A program made the translations under genes and the position numbers. The notes below the pieces were generated by a model. The model saw only the letters and a program-made list of their open reading frames with translations, searched no databases and had not been told where the DNA came from. A stretch of 64,000 nucleotides of DNA from an uncultured Alphaproteobacteria bacterium (lineage in GTDB: Bacteria > Pseudomonadota > Alphaproteobacteria > Rhizobiales > Beijerinckiaceae). Positions 13,482-24,975 of the stretch are shown here, piece by piece (the stretch's first letter is position 1; each line of letters starts with the position of its first letter). The DNA is taken from assembly GCA_963806935.1 (NCBI GenBank), contig CAWEAT010000011.1, positions 140,347-204,346 of the forward strand, given 5' to 3'.

Positions 13482-13865
13482 ATGGCGCATCATTTTCACG
13501 CGGTCGTCTGGATCGACCGCAAGCAGGCGCGCATTCTTCACTTCAACGTCGACGAGGCGGACCGGGCTGTGGTCCGCGACCATGTGGCGCGCGACCTCCA
13601 CGTGAGAGAGCCCCGCACCGGTCATCGGATCGAGGAGAACAAGCCGTTCTTTGAGGATGTCGCCGCGGCGATCGCGGACGCTGGCGCCATCCTCATCGTC
13701 GGCCCGGCGCAGGAGAAGGATTTCTTCGCCAAATTCCTCGCCGCGAAGCATCCCGCGATTCGCGCCCACGTCGAGGGGATCGAGAAAGCCGACCATCCGA
13801 CCGACGGCGAACTCATCGACTTCGCCCGCCGCTACGCAAAGGCCGCCGACCGCATGCGGCCTTGA
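13482..13865 (+). CDS. eRF1-domain-2-like small protein ('translational machinery protein' family)
   Basis: HAVVWIDRKQARI...ILIVGPAQEK...DHPTDGELIDFAR pattern; RBS GGAGG. Confidence 0.7.
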   Translation: MAHHFHAVVWIDRKQARILHFNVDEADRAVVRDHVARDLHVREPRTGHRIEENKPFFEDVAAAIADAGAILIVGPAQEKDFFAKFLAAKHPAIRAHVEGIEKADHPTDGELIDFARRYAKAADRMRP

Positions 13866-13907
13866 TGGGTGGGACGTGAGGGGCGGCGGACGGAAAGGAG
13901 GTGCGTG

Positions 13908-14663
13908 ATGGCCTATGAGCTCTTTTATTGGCCCAGTATCCAGGGCCGAGGCGAGTTCGTACGCCTCGCGCTGGAGGCGGCCGGCGCGCCTTACGTCGAT
14001 GTCGCCCGCGAGCGCGGGACCGGCCGCGGAGTCAAGGCGCTGATGGCGATCCTCGAAGGAAAGGCGGCGCCGTTCACGCCGTTTGCGCCGCCGATCCTGC
14101 GCGACGGCGAGATCGTCGTCTCGCATGTCGCCAACATCCTCTTCTACCTCGGGCCGAAACTCGGGCTCGCACCGGCCGGCGAGGCAGCGCGCCTGTTCGC
14201 CCACGGGCTCGAGCTCACCATTACCGATTTCGTCGCCGAGATTCACGACACGCATCATCCGATCTCGACCGAGCTCTACTACGAGGACCAGAAGAAGGAG
14301 GCCAAGGCCCGCACGGGCGCCTTCCTCGCCCATCGCGCGCCGAAATATCTCGGCTATTTCGAGCAGGTGCTGAACGACAATCCAGCGGGAAAGGCGCACG
14401 CGGTGGGGGACAAACTGACCACCGAGGATCTCTCGCTGTTCCAGGTCTGGGCCGGCCTGTCTTATGCCTTCCCCCGCGCCTTCGCCGAGGCGGGCAGGCA
14501 TTACCCGGCACTGGCCGCGCTGGTCGCCGAGGTCGCCGCCCATCCGAAGGTCGCCGCCTATCTCGCCTCGGAGCGCCGGATTCCCTTCAATGAATCCGGC
14601 GTGTTCCGCTGCTATCCGGCGCTCGATGAACGGCCGCCGAAGGCGGGGCGGCGCAAGCAGTAA
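13908..14663 (+). CDS. Glutathione S-transferase family protein
   Basis: YELFYWPSIQGRGEFVRLALE, PFAPP, DLSLFQV, RIPFNESGVFRCYP. Confidence 0.85.
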   Translation: MAYELFYWPSIQGRGEFVRLALEAAGAPYVDVARERGTGRGVKALMAILEGKAAPFTPFAPPILRDGEIVVSHVANILFYLGPKLGLAPAGEAARLFAHGLELTITDFVAEIHDTHHPISTELYYEDQKKEAKARTGAFLAHRAPKYLGYFEQVLNDNPAGKAHAVGDKLTTEDLSLFQVWAGLSYAFPRAFAEAGRHYPALAALVAEVAAHPKVAAYLASERRIPFNESGVFRCYPALDERPPKAGRRKQ

Positions 14664-14751
14664 CCGGCTGATTGGCTTTCGTCAGGTTACAATCCCCGCT
14701 TCGCTCGTTAGCTCAACTGTCCGAGCTCGGATGGCGCCCCAGCCTCGAGAC

Positions 14752-14784
14752 TTGACGGGAACATAAAAAGAACATATAGTGAAC
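14752..14784 (+). promoter_or_regulatory. Sigma70-type promoter overlapped by tandem alphaproteobacterial LexA boxes
   Basis: TTGACG-17nt-TATAGT; GAAC-N7-GAAC-N7-GAAC at 14759, 14770, 14781. Confidence 0.8.
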
Positions 14785-14801
14785 TAGGCAAGATCGAGGA
14801 G

Positions 14802-14909
14802 ATGAAAATGCACATCGCTGTCCAAGCCATTCGCGACACGGCCGAACTCGCCTCGCTTGGCGCGTTTCTGATCATGATCGCGCTCGCCGCCCGCGCGCTC
14901 GGCGCGTGA
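14802..14909 (+). CDS. 35-aa single-TM protein, SidA-like SOS division inhibitor candidate (absent from ORF track)
   Basis: RBS GAGGAG; MKMHIAVQAIRDTAELASLGAFLIMIALAARALGA; directly behind the LexA-boxed promoter and upstream of dnaE. Confidence 0.6.
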   Translation: MKMHIAVQAIRDTAELASLGAFLIMIALAARALGA

Positions 14910-15200
14910 CCCGCGAGGATCGTCGGGCGCCGCGCGTCGAGTTTCGCTTACGAGCGGCGCGGCGACGCCGCGGCGGCGAGGAGCCGACGTTGAGTGCGAG
15001 CGAAATTGACCCAAAAGAGACCTTTAACCCACTGAAATCATTGCCGCGCGACCAACAAATCTGCACAAGCCCGAATCGCCGCGGGCGGCCCTCAATCTGC
15101 GCAGTGAGGGCGGCCTTTGCGCAAGACCATCCGCCCGCCGTCCCCATCATCCACAGGGCTAGGCCCTCGACCCATTCCCGCGCGCTTGCGACAATGATCC

Positions 15201-18200
15201 ATGGACCCCGCGATTCTCAAGGCCGTCGGCTTCGTGCATCTGCATGTGCACAGCGCATATTCGCTCCGCGAGGGAGCGCTTACGATCGAGACGCTCGCCA
15301 AGCTCGCCGCCGCCGACGCCATGCCGGCGCTGGCAATCGCCGACACTAATAACCTGTTCGGCGCCCTCGAGTTTTCGGAGAAGCTTGCCAAGGCGGGGGT
15401 CCAACCGATCATCGGCGCCCAAACGACGCTCGATTTCGCTGACGCCGCCCCCGCCTTGCTGCGCGCCGTCGAACGGGACGACGCGCGAGCTCCGATCGTA
15501 CTGCTGGCGCAGAACGAAGCCGGCTACCGCAATCTAATGCGCCTCGTCTCGGGCTTATGGCTCGATCCGACCGACGGCGACGAGCCGCATATCGAGTTCG
15601 CCGCCTTGCGCGACACCGAGGGCCTCATTGCGCTCACCGGAGGGCCTGCCGGACCGATCGACCGGGCGCTGAGACGCGGGCTTGGCGACGTCGCCGAAAC
15701 CCGGCTCAAGCGCCTCGTCGAGACGTTCGGCTCGCGCCTCTATGTCGAGATTTCAGCGTCACGGCCTCGACGGCGAGCGAGTGGTCGAGCCTGCGCTCAT
15801 TGGACTCGCCGACCGCTTGGGGGTTCCCCTCGTCGCGACCAACGAGCCCTATTTCGCCTATGCCTCCGACTACGACGCCCATGACGCTCTGCTATGCGTC
15901 GCCGAAGGGGCGCTGGTCTCGGCGTTGGAACGGCGGCGCCTCTCGCCGGAGCATCGGTTCAAGACCCGCGCCGAGATGATCGAGCTTTTCGCCGACCTTC
16001 CCGAGGCGGTGGAAGCCAGCGTCGAGATTGCGGTGCGCTGCGCTTATCGGCCGCTGACGCGAAAGCCGATCCTGCCTCGCTTTTCAGTGGCCGGAGGCGC
16101 TGCTGTCGACGAGGAACAGGAGCTCAGGCGCCAGGCGCGTGAGGGCTTGCGCGCGCGTCTCGGCGCCCATGGCCTCGCGCCCGAACGCACGGCGGAGGAC
16201 TACGAGAAGCGCCTCGCCTTCGAGCTCGACGTCATCGTCAACATGACCTTCGCCGGCTATTTCCTCATCGTCGCTGATTTCATCCAATGGGCGAAGGCGC
16301 AAGGGATTCCGGTGGGGCCAGGCCGCGGTTCGGGCGCGGGCTCACTGGTCGCCTGGGCGCTCACGATCACCGACCTCGATCCGTTGCGCTTCGGCCTCCT
16401 GTTCGAGCGGTTCCTCAATCCTGAGCGGGTGTCGATGCCGGATTTCGACATCGATTTCTGCCAGGAGCGCCGCGACGAAGTGATCGCCTATGTGCGCGAC
16501 CGCTACGGCGCTGATCGAGTGGCGCAGATCATCACCTTTGGCTCGTTTCTGGCCCGGGGCGTAGTCCGCAACGTCGGCCGGGTGCTCGAAATGCCGCTCG
16601 GCCAGGTCGACAAGCTCGCCAAGCTCGTGCCGCAGAACCCCGCCCATCCAGTGACGCTGAAGCAGGCGGTGGCCGACGAGCCACGGCTCCAGGAGGCGGC
16701 GAAAGCCGACGAGAAAGTCGCCCGGATGCTGGCGATCGCCGAGCGGCTCGAGGGCCTCTATTCCAACGCCTCAACCCATGCAGCCGGCGTCGTGATCGGC
16801 GACCGGCCGCTGATCGAGCTCGCGCCGCTCTACCGCGATTCAAAGTCGGCGATGCCGGCGACGCAATTCAACATGAAATGGGTCGAACCGGCGGGGCTGG
16901 TGAAGTTCGACTTCCTCGGTCTGAAGACGCTGACCGTCCTCAAGCGGGCGGTCGATCTGCTGGCGCGGCGCGGCATCGCGGTCGACCTCGGCAAGATCCC
17001 GCTCGACGACGCGAAGACCTATCAGATGCTGGGCCGTGGCGAGGTGGTCGGCGTGTTCCAGGTGGAAAGCGGGGGCATGCGGAAGGCGCTGGTGGAGATG
17101 CGCGCTGACCGGTTCGAGGACCTGATCGCGCTGGTCGCGCTCTACCGCCCGGGGCCGATGGCCAACATTCCCGTGTACTGCGCTCGCAAGCTCGGCCGGG
17201 AAAAGGTCGAATACGACCATCCGCTCCTGGAGCCGATCCTCATGGACACCTTCGGCGTCATTACCTATCAGGAGCAGGTGCAACAGATCGCAAAGGATCT
17301 CGCTGGCTATTCACTGGCGCAGGCCGACATCCTGCGCCGCGCGATGGGCAAGAAGATCAAAAAGGAGATGGACGCGCAGCGCGAGCGTTTCGTAACGGGA
17401 GCGGTCGATCGCGGCATCGATAAAATAACCGCCGACGCTATTTTCGACGCCTGCGCCAAATTCGCGGAATACGGCTTCAACAAGTCGCATTCAGCGCCTT
17501 ACGCTTTCATCACCTACCAGACCGCGTGGTTCAAAGCCAACCATCCGGCTGAATTCCTCGCCGCCTCGATGACTCTGGACAAGTCGAACACCGACAAGCT
17601 CGCCGAGTTCCGCGCCGAGGCGCTGCGCCTCGGGATCAAGGTCGACGCCCCGTCGGTCAATGATTCGCTGGTCGATTTCGACGTGCGGGCGACCAACGGC
17701 GGGGGGCCGACGATCCATTACGCCCTGAGCGCGATCAAGGGTGTCGGCGAAGCCCAGGCTGACGCGCTGGTGTTGGCGCGTGGAAAGCGCGCGTTCGCTT
17801 CGCTCCGCGAGATGGCGGCGCGGCTCGATCCCCGCGCTGTCAACAAGAAGGCGCTTGAGAGCCTAGCCGCCGCCGGGGCGTTCGACTGCTTGGAGGGAGA
17901 CCGCGCGAGCGCGTTTGCGGCGATCGAACCGATGCTGGCGATCGCCAGCCGCGGGGCTACAGAGAAGGCGGCGGGCCAGAACGCGCTCTTCGGCGAGACC
18001 GAGACCGAGCCTTTGGGGGCGCGTGCTGCGCCATGGCCGGATTCGGAGCGGCTCAGGCGCGAGTTCGATGCCGTCGGCTTTTTCCTCTCGGGCCATCCGC
18101 TCGAGGTTTATAAATCGGCTCTCAAGCGGCTCAGGGCCACGCGCTGGGCCGATTTCGCCCGCTCGGTGCGTGCCGGCGCCTCGACCGCGAGGCTTGGCGC

Positions 18201-18660
18201 GACTGTCCTCGACCGCTACGAGCGGCGCGCGCGCAGCGGCGGCAAGATCGGCGTCGTGCAGCTGTCCGATCCGTCAGGCCGCTATGAGGCGATCCTGTTC
18301 CAGGAGGGGCTGAGCCAGTTCCGCGATCTTCTGGAGAAGGGCGCGGACGTGCTGGTGACGCTCCAGGCGGCGGTCGAGGGCGAGGACGTGCGGGCGCGGA
18401 TCGTTAACGTCGAGCGGCTGACCGACGCCGCCGCCAAGGTGCAAAAGGGCCTCAGAGTGTTCGTTCGCGACGAGACCCCGCTCAATTCGATCGAGCGGCG
18501 CTTAAGCGCGCGCGGCGACGGCGAGGTATCGCTCGTGGTCATCCTCGGCCCACAGGACGGCGAGGTTGAAATCCGTCTGCCCGGCCGCTACGCGGTCAGC
18601 GCCGCAGTCGCCGGCGCGCTCAAAGCGGCGCCCGGCGTGGTCGCGGTGGAGCAGGTCTGA
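15201..18660 (+). CDS. dnaE: DNA polymerase III alpha subunit; one frameshift near 15752
   Basis: PHP motif FVHLHVHSAYSL, GPGRGSGAGS, MPDFDIDF, KFDFLGLKTL, GFNKSH, OB fold; GAGATTTCAG has one T too many for EIQRH. Confidence 0.95.
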
Positions 18661-18747
18661 AGCGGTGAGAAGCGCTTGCGCCAACGCGCCCGCTTCGCTA
18701 TTGACGCCCCCGTCGCCCGCGGGATAACCCGCGCCTTGAGCGCCGAT

Positions 18748-18821
18748 TGGGGGATAGTTCAACGGTAGAACAGCGGACTCTGACTCCGTCAATCTTGGTT
18801 CGAATCCAGGTCCCCCAGCCA
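18748..18821 (+). tRNA. tRNA-Gln(CTG)
   Basis: Acceptor stem TGGGGGA/TCCCCCA, anticodon loop CT-CTG-AC, GGTTCGAATCC T-arm, encoded CCA; TTGACG promoter hexamer at 18701. Confidence 0.97.
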
Positions 18822-18937
18822 GCTTTTTCCTAAGCTCTTATAAAGGCTCAGCTTTCGCCCTAGCCGATTCTGCGGTTGGCGCCGATTGCTACAACTCGCT
18901 GCTACAAAGTCCGCGCCCGCGCGGCGAAGGCGCAGTT

Positions 18938-21379
18938 GTGGCTTCCATCGGAAACGTCGTGCAGCGGCGCGGCATTTTTCACTTTCGGCGCGTCGTCCCG
19001 ACCGACCTGCGCATCAGGATTGGGCGCTGCGAGCTCGTCCGCTCGCTCGCCACCGGCGACCCCCGCGATGCCAAGATGCGCGCGTCTCAGCTATACCTCG
19101 TCTCCGAACGCCTCTTTGTGGCCGTCCGACGGGATCCGATGCTAACCGACGCTCAACTGGCCGGCCTGGTTCAAGCTTTCTTTGTGCACGTCCTCGAAGA
19201 AGAGAACAGACGCCGGCTCTCAGGCTCCTATTTGACGGCGGAAGTTCGCGAGGCGAGGCGCGACTATTGGGACGCAGTCGCGGCGAAATCGAAGGAGTCG
19301 TTGGCGTGCAACCGTCTCGAAGACGCTTCGTGGGTCGCCGAGGCGATGCTTCGAAAGCAGCGCTTGCCGCGGTCGAGTCTGAGCCAAGGAGAAATTGCCC
19401 AGGTCAAGCAGGCGATGCTGCGTGCCGGCGTCGATCTCGCAGAGGCCTTGAAAGCAAGGTACGACGGCAACTTCAACTATGACCCGCGCGACAAATTACT
19501 CAAGCTAAAACTGGCCGAGGCGCCCCAACTCGGCGGCCCGGCGGCGACGCCTGCAGCGGCGACGACCGTTCAACAGACAGTTGCGCCCGGACCTTTGATG
19601 TCCGACGCTGGCAAAGCATTCCGAGAGCGCCAAGTCGCCACAAAGAGTTGGGACCTTCAAACCTCGGCGCAGGCTAGCATGGCAAGCGTTCTGCATGGCA
19701 GCGCCCGCACGACGCCGCGTATTCGAGCCGAGCTCCAAGCGTCGAAAGAGAGCGCCCGCTCCCTTGCAGCGCGCTACGACCTGAACCCCAAGACTGTGCG
19801 GAAGTGGCGCCAGCGGACCACGACGGCCGATGCGCCGATGGGGCCGAAGGCTCCGAAGAGCACGGTGCTGACGCCAGCCGAGGAAGCCATCGTGGTGGCG
19901 TTCCGCCAGAAGACGCTGTTGCCGCTGGACGACGTGCTGGGCTGCCTGAGGGATACCATTCCCAATCTCAGCCGGAGCGCCCTACACCGTTGCCTCCAGC
20001 GGCATGGGATCTCCAGGCTGCCCAAGCGAAGAGGCCAGCGAGCAAGCGCAACCGGTTCAAGAGCTACCAGATCGGCTATGTCCACATCGACAGCTGCGAA
20101 CTGCGACACACCGACGGCAAGCTGGTCATGTTCCTGGCGATCGACCGGGTCTCGAAATTCACCTACGTCGAGTTCCACGACAGCGCCGGAAAGAAGGAGG
20201 GCGCAGCTTTTTTGAGAAATGTCGTGGCCGCCTTCCCCTACAAGATCCACACCGTGCTAACCGATAACGGTATGGCCTTCGCCGATCTGCCCAAGAATCG
20301 CGAAGGCCCCAGCCGGCGTTTCCTCGGCCCGCACATCTTCGATCGCGTCTGCATCGAACATGGGATCGAGCACCGGTTGGCCACATATCGTCTCTTCATC
20401 GATGTATGTGGAGACAAGCCGATCGGTTCCTATTCTCGGCAGGATGCTGGCCGCTTTCGTGAGCAAATCGAAAGGCTGCCCAACGACTACGGGCGGTCCG
20501 CCGCCTCAAAATCTCTCCCCGTAGTTGCAATCACCGCAACGCACGCGGCTCTTCCCCCGGCGACCCGTTCCGCGGTGATTTCGCAGAAGACGGTAAAGCG
20601 CCATTTCTCCGCTCTGTCAGCGCTCTGGGCCCAGGCAGTCCCAAAAGGCGAAGCCGCGGAGAATATCTTCAAGGGCTTCAGTTTCGCCGGGGGCAAGTCC
20701 CCAGTTGATCAACGGCAGATGTGGGACGGCGAGGCGCTTGCCGAACTTTTTGCAACGCCCGTCTGGAAGGGTTGCAAGTCGGAGGCGCGACGAACCAAGC
20801 CGGGGACGTACGTACTGAGGGACGCCCGATTTTGGCTGCCGCTCATCGCCGTATTCTGGGGCATGCGCGAGGAAGAAATCTGTCAGCTACAACTCGAAGA
20901 TATCCGTGAGGAAGCAGGAGATCTGGTTCATGGACATCAATGGCCGGGCGCCGCGCAAATTGAAAAACTCCGTGGCTGTTCGCAGAGTGCCGATCCACCC
21001 CGAGTTGATCCGGATCGGATTTCTCGATTGCGTGGACGCACAGCGCTCAAAGGGGATGAGCCGCGTATTCCCCGACCTCAAACCTGGCGGGGCGGACGGT
21101 CGATTGGGACACGGCTTCGCGAAGTGGTTTAGTCGTTACCGCCAGGAGGTGGGTATCTTCCGCCCTGGGCTCGACTTTCACTCCTTCCGGCACACTGCAA
21201 CGACGCTGATGCACCAAGCCGGAATTGAGCATGCCGTTCTCGACCATTTGACGGGGCACGTCACCCCAGGCGAGACTTCACGCTATACGAAGGGTTCGAT
21301 CTTGCCTCAGCTCGCAAGAGCCATAGAATCGATACGAATCAAGGTCGATTTTTCGGCTTTGTATGTCGGCTGTTGTTGA
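18938..21379 (+). pseudogene. DUF6538-domain tyrosine integrase, interrupted by an IS481 fragment and frameshifted near 20905
   Basis: N-terminal IFHFRRVVP.DLR..IGRCELVRSL; catalytic GMREEEI..L, K, HSFRH, GH, RY; sits directly after the tRNA. Confidence 0.85.
19679..20379 (+). mobile_element. Internal fragment of an IS481-family transposase, no terminal repeats
   Basis: MASVLHGSARTTPRIRAELQAS...YDLNPKTVRKWR...GYVHID...TVLTDNGMAF...IEHRL, cut before the catalytic Glu region. Confidence 0.85.
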
Positions 21380-21877
21380 TCGGGGCCGCGAGACGCCAGT
21401 CTGCGCGACCGGTTCTCACGTTGGCATAGCTCGCTGCCGCCGGTCTCGCACGAACGCCGCTTATCGATGTCCGGGGTTCGAGGCGGCGCTCAAGACCCAA
21501 GGCAAGTACATCAGCCCGGTGCTCCTGGAGCTGGGGTGGCGGCGCAAACGGATATGGAGCACGACAGGGCAGTATCATCGCTACTGGGAACCGCCCCGCG
21601 GCGCACGGATTGACCGAGGTGCTGTGGCTAGGGGTGAAAAACTCCGGTGTCTCAGACGGTCGGAGTCGACGCAGAGCACCCGTTGCGGATCGCGGCCTTG
21701 GACGCCTCAATTGGGCGGATAGCGGCCCTTGGCCGAACGGCAGGAAATGGGAGAATAGCGGGCGTAGAATGCTGCCACGGAAGGCGCGGAGTCCGCCCGA
21801 AGTAGACCTTCGTTTGTGGGGTCGCGAAGACGATCGGGCGTCGTGCAGCGCCGCCTTCGTCAGCCCCGCGCCTCAGA

Positions 21878-21979
21878 GGCGACAAAACTCGTCGCGGTCG
21901 TTAATGTGACGACTGCCGGGCGCTCGGCGTCGAAATCCCGCCGACGCTGCTCGAGGGCGCGGACGAGGTGATCGAATGA
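21878..21979 (+). pseudogene. C-terminal remnant of an ABC-type solute-binding protein
   Basis: ATKLVAVVNVTTA..ALGVEIPPTLLEGADEVIE* tail only. Confidence 0.65.
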
Positions 21980-22935
21980 GGCGGCGCGACTTTCTTGCCC
22001 TGATGGGCTGCGCGGCTTCAGGGCCGCTCGGGGCTGCGGCGCAGAAGAAGCCGGCGCCAGTGATCGGAATGCTCGATCCCGACGTGAGCTTCGTCTTCGA
22101 CGCCTTCGTCGAAGGCATGCGCGATCTCGGCTATGTCGAGGGGCGGAACATCGCCTATTCGCGCAAGGTCTTGCATGGGAACTTCGCCGTCGTCCCCGCG
22201 CTCGCGGCCGAGTTGGTCGATCAGAAGGTGGACGTCGTCGTGACGGTGTCTCCGTCGCTTATTCGCGCCGTCGAGCGCGCGTCGAATACGATGCCGATCG
22301 TAGTCCTCGCTAGCGCCGATCCCGTCTCGGCCGGCTTCGCCATAAGCTTCGCGCATCCCGGCGGCAATATCACGGGCGTGTCTTTCGTAGACGAAGAATT
22401 GGCCGCGAAGCGGCTCGATCTGTTGCACGCGCTGGTTCCCAATCTCCGCGACGTCGCCGTGTTCTGGTGGGGCGACCCGAAGGGCCAGGGCCTGACGTCC
22501 GCGGAGAGGGCCGGACAGGCGCTCGGCCTGCAACTTAACCGCTGGGAACTGGCGAGCGTGGACGCGTTCGAACCCGCGTTCCGGGAAGCCGCCGCGGCGA
22601 AGATGGACGGGGCTTATGCGCTGGCCTATCCGTTCTTCAACGCGAACCGGGCCCGGTTCGCTGAACTCGCCGCGAAATACCGGCTGCCGGCGGTCTACGA
22701 ATCCGCGGACTACGTCCGCTCGGGGTGCCTGATGGGTTACGGGCCGGTGTTCACCGATATGGGTCGGCGCGGCGCCTATTTCGTTGACAGAATTCTGAAG
22801 GGGGACAAGCCCGGCGATCTACCCTTCGAAGTGACGACCAAGTTCGAGCTGTCGATCAATCTGAAAGCCGCCGAAGCGCTCGGTCTCGCCGTCCCGCCAA
22901 CGCTGCTCGCCGGCGCCGCCCAGGTGATCGAATGA
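21976..22935 (+). CDS. ABC_sub_bind (PF04392-like) solute-binding protein 1
   Basis: MRRRDFL leader, DPVSAGFAISFAHPGGNITG, KRLDLL, G.LMGYGP, KPGDLPFE, INLKAAEALGL. Confidence 0.85.
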   Translation: MRRRDFLALMGCAASGPLGAAAQKKPAPVIGMLDPDVSFVFDAFVEGMRDLGYVEGRNIAYSRKVLHGNFAVVPALAAELVDQKVDVVVTVSPSLIRAVERASNTMPIVVLASADPVSAGFAISFAHPGGNITGVSFVDEELAAKRLDLLHALVPNLRDVAVFWWGDPKGQGLTSAERAGQALGLQLNRWELASVDAFEPAFREAAAAKMDGAYALAYPFFNANRARFAELAAKYRLPAVYESADYVRSGCLMGYGPVFTDMGRRGAYFVDRILKGDKPGDLPFEVTTKFELSINLKAAEALGLAVPPTLLAGAAQVIE

Positions 22936-23906
22936 GGCGGCGGGAGTTCATCGGTCTTCTCGGCGCGGCGGCGGCCACAGCGTCCGCGGCGTGGCCGGCG
23001 CCGGCGCGGTCGCAGGAGAAAATTCCGCGCATTGGCTATTTCTGGAACGATTTTCCTGACCCGAACGTGGGCGTCGCAGGCCTGCGCCAGGGGCTTCAGG
23101 AACGCGGATACGTCCTCGGCCGCAATCTTCTCCTGGAGGAGCGCTATGCGGAGGGAGACCCGTCGCGAACGCGCGACCTTATTACGGAGCTTCTTGCGCT
23201 CGGGGTCGACGTGCTGGTGACAGGGGACTTCGCGTTGATCCAGGCCCATACGCTGACCGCCACGGTTCCGATTGTCGGCGTTGCGGGGGATTTCGTCGGC
23301 GTCGGTCTTGCGGCGACACTCTCCCGGCCGGGTGGCAACGTCACGGGCCTATCGCTGTTGTCGGCCGATCTCAGCCCGAAATGGCTCGAGCTCCTGCAGG
23401 CGGCAGTCCCGAACCTCAATCGCGTCGCCTTCCTCGGGGATTACTCCGGGCTCACCGCCGAGGAAAAGCGAGGACTGGACCAAGCCGCACCGCGCTTTCA
23501 CGTTACGCTGACGCAGCTGGATATGTATCGCGCCAACTTCGAGGCGAGCCTCGAGGCGATCACGAGCGAAAGCTTCGACGGGCTCGTCGTGTCCGGCGAA
23601 TCCGACGCCGAATTCTCTCATTCCGCGGATTGTCGCGCACGCCGCGCAAAGCCGCATGCCAACGATCTACGGGACCAGCACAGCCGTCAGTCAGGGCGGC
23701 CTCATGTCCTACTCGGCCGATTCCTTCGAGCTCTGGCGCCAAGCCGCGGGCTACATAGACCGCATCCTCAAAGGCGCGAAGCCCGGCGACTTGCCGATCG
23801 AGCAGGCGACCGCGATCAAGTTCGCCATCAATCTCAAGACGGCCTCGGCGCTCGGCATCGAGATTCCCCGACGCTGCTCGCCGCGGCCGACGAGGTGATC
23901 GAATGA
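22932..23906 (+). CDS. ABC_sub_bind solute-binding protein 2 (frameshifts near 23625 and 23870)
   Basis: MRRREFIG leader, [32 protein letters not shown] tail. Confidence 0.8.
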   Translation: MRRREFIGLLGAAAATASAAWPAPARSQEKIPRIGYFWNDFPDPNVGVAGLRQGLQERGYVLGRNLLLEERYAEGDPSRTRDLITELLALGVDVLVTGDFALIQAHTLTATVPIVGVAGDFVGVGLAATLSRPGGNVTGLSLLSADLSPKWLELLQAAVPNLNRVAFLGDYSGLTAEEKRGLDQAAPRFHVTLTQLDMYRANFEASLEAITSESFDGLVVSGESDAEFSHSADCRARRAKPHANDLRDQHSRQSGRPHVLLGRFLRALAPSRGLHRPHPQRREARRLADRAGDRDQVRHQSQDGLGARHRDSPTLLAAADEVIE

Positions 23907-24868
23907 AAAGACGCGCATTCCTATCGCCTCATGGGGCTTGCCGCTGCATGGCCGCTCGCCGTGCGGGCGCAGCAAATGAAGATTCCGCGGGTCGGATTCC
24001 TGTGGATCGGCCCGCCTGAACCCGAAACAACCACCAGCAAAGGCATCAAGAAAGGGCTCGCCGAGCACGGATATGTCCTCAGCCGCGATCTCATCTTCGA
24101 TGCGCGCTATGCCGAAGGGGAAACCGGAGGCGGTTCCCCGCGCTGATCGCCGAGCTTCTGGATGCCGGGGCCGACGTCATCTTGCCCCAGGGCAATGCGG
24201 CGGCGCTCGTGGCCCATAAGGTGACCGCGACGGTCCCCATCGTCACCATCGGCGACGACCTCGTCGGCGTCGGCCTCGCCGAAAGCCTCCCCCACCCGGG
24301 AGGCAACGTGACTGGCATCGAGGTTCAGGCCGTCGAAATCCGACCGAAATGGCTCGAAATCCTGAAGGCCGTGGCGCCGAACGTTCGCTCCGTTGCGGTG
24401 CTGGGGGATGCGAACGAGACGCCGGGCGTGCTGAAGCTCGAGGACATGAGCGCCGCGTTTCGGGGTGACGCTGACTTTCCTCTCGTCGCTGCCGCCGGAT
24501 TTGGACGCAAGCCTGGCCGCGATTGGGTCGGGGCGGTTCGACGGCCTGATCGTCAATGACAATCCCTCTCTCGTGCCGGAGACCCCCCGCATCGCCGCGG
24601 TGGCTGCCCAGAATCGAACGCCGGCCGTCTATGGGTTGCAGTGTCGCGCCCATCTGGGCGGTCTCATCGGCTATTCCTTCGACGCCTTCGAGGCCGGGCG
24701 ACGCGCGGCCGACTTCGTCGACAAGATCCTCAAAGGCGCGAAGCCCGGCGACCTGCCGATCGAGCGGGCGACCAAGTTCATCACGTCGTCAATCTCAAGA
24801 CCGCGGAGGCGCTCGGCCTCGAAATCCCGCCGACCGTCCTCGCCGCCGCCGACGAGGTGATCGAATGA
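23903..24868 (+). CDS. ABC_sub_bind solute-binding protein 3 (several frameshifts)
   Basis: MKRRAF leader, [32 protein letters not shown] across frames. Confidence 0.75.
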
Positions 24869-24975
24869 GGCGGCGCGCGTTCCGCGCCGCACTCGTCCGT
24901 CCCGCTGGCCGACCACGGCTTGTGCTCGTGCGCCACGGCCGCATAGTGCGACGGGTGGGAGGCACGGGAGGCCCT

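Noticed and set aside
15147-15155. DnaA-box-like TCATCCACA upstream of dnaE
   Set aside because: A single imperfect 9-mer; plausible but not distinguishable from chance
15201-15884. Separate PHP-domain gene or split/intein-type dnaE
   Set aside because: One extra T in a T-run explains the split; no intein motifs seen
18938-20215. Novel integrase-transposase fusion protein
   Set aside because: The ORF arises from the in-frame start of the IS481 fragment and contains neither complete catalytic domain
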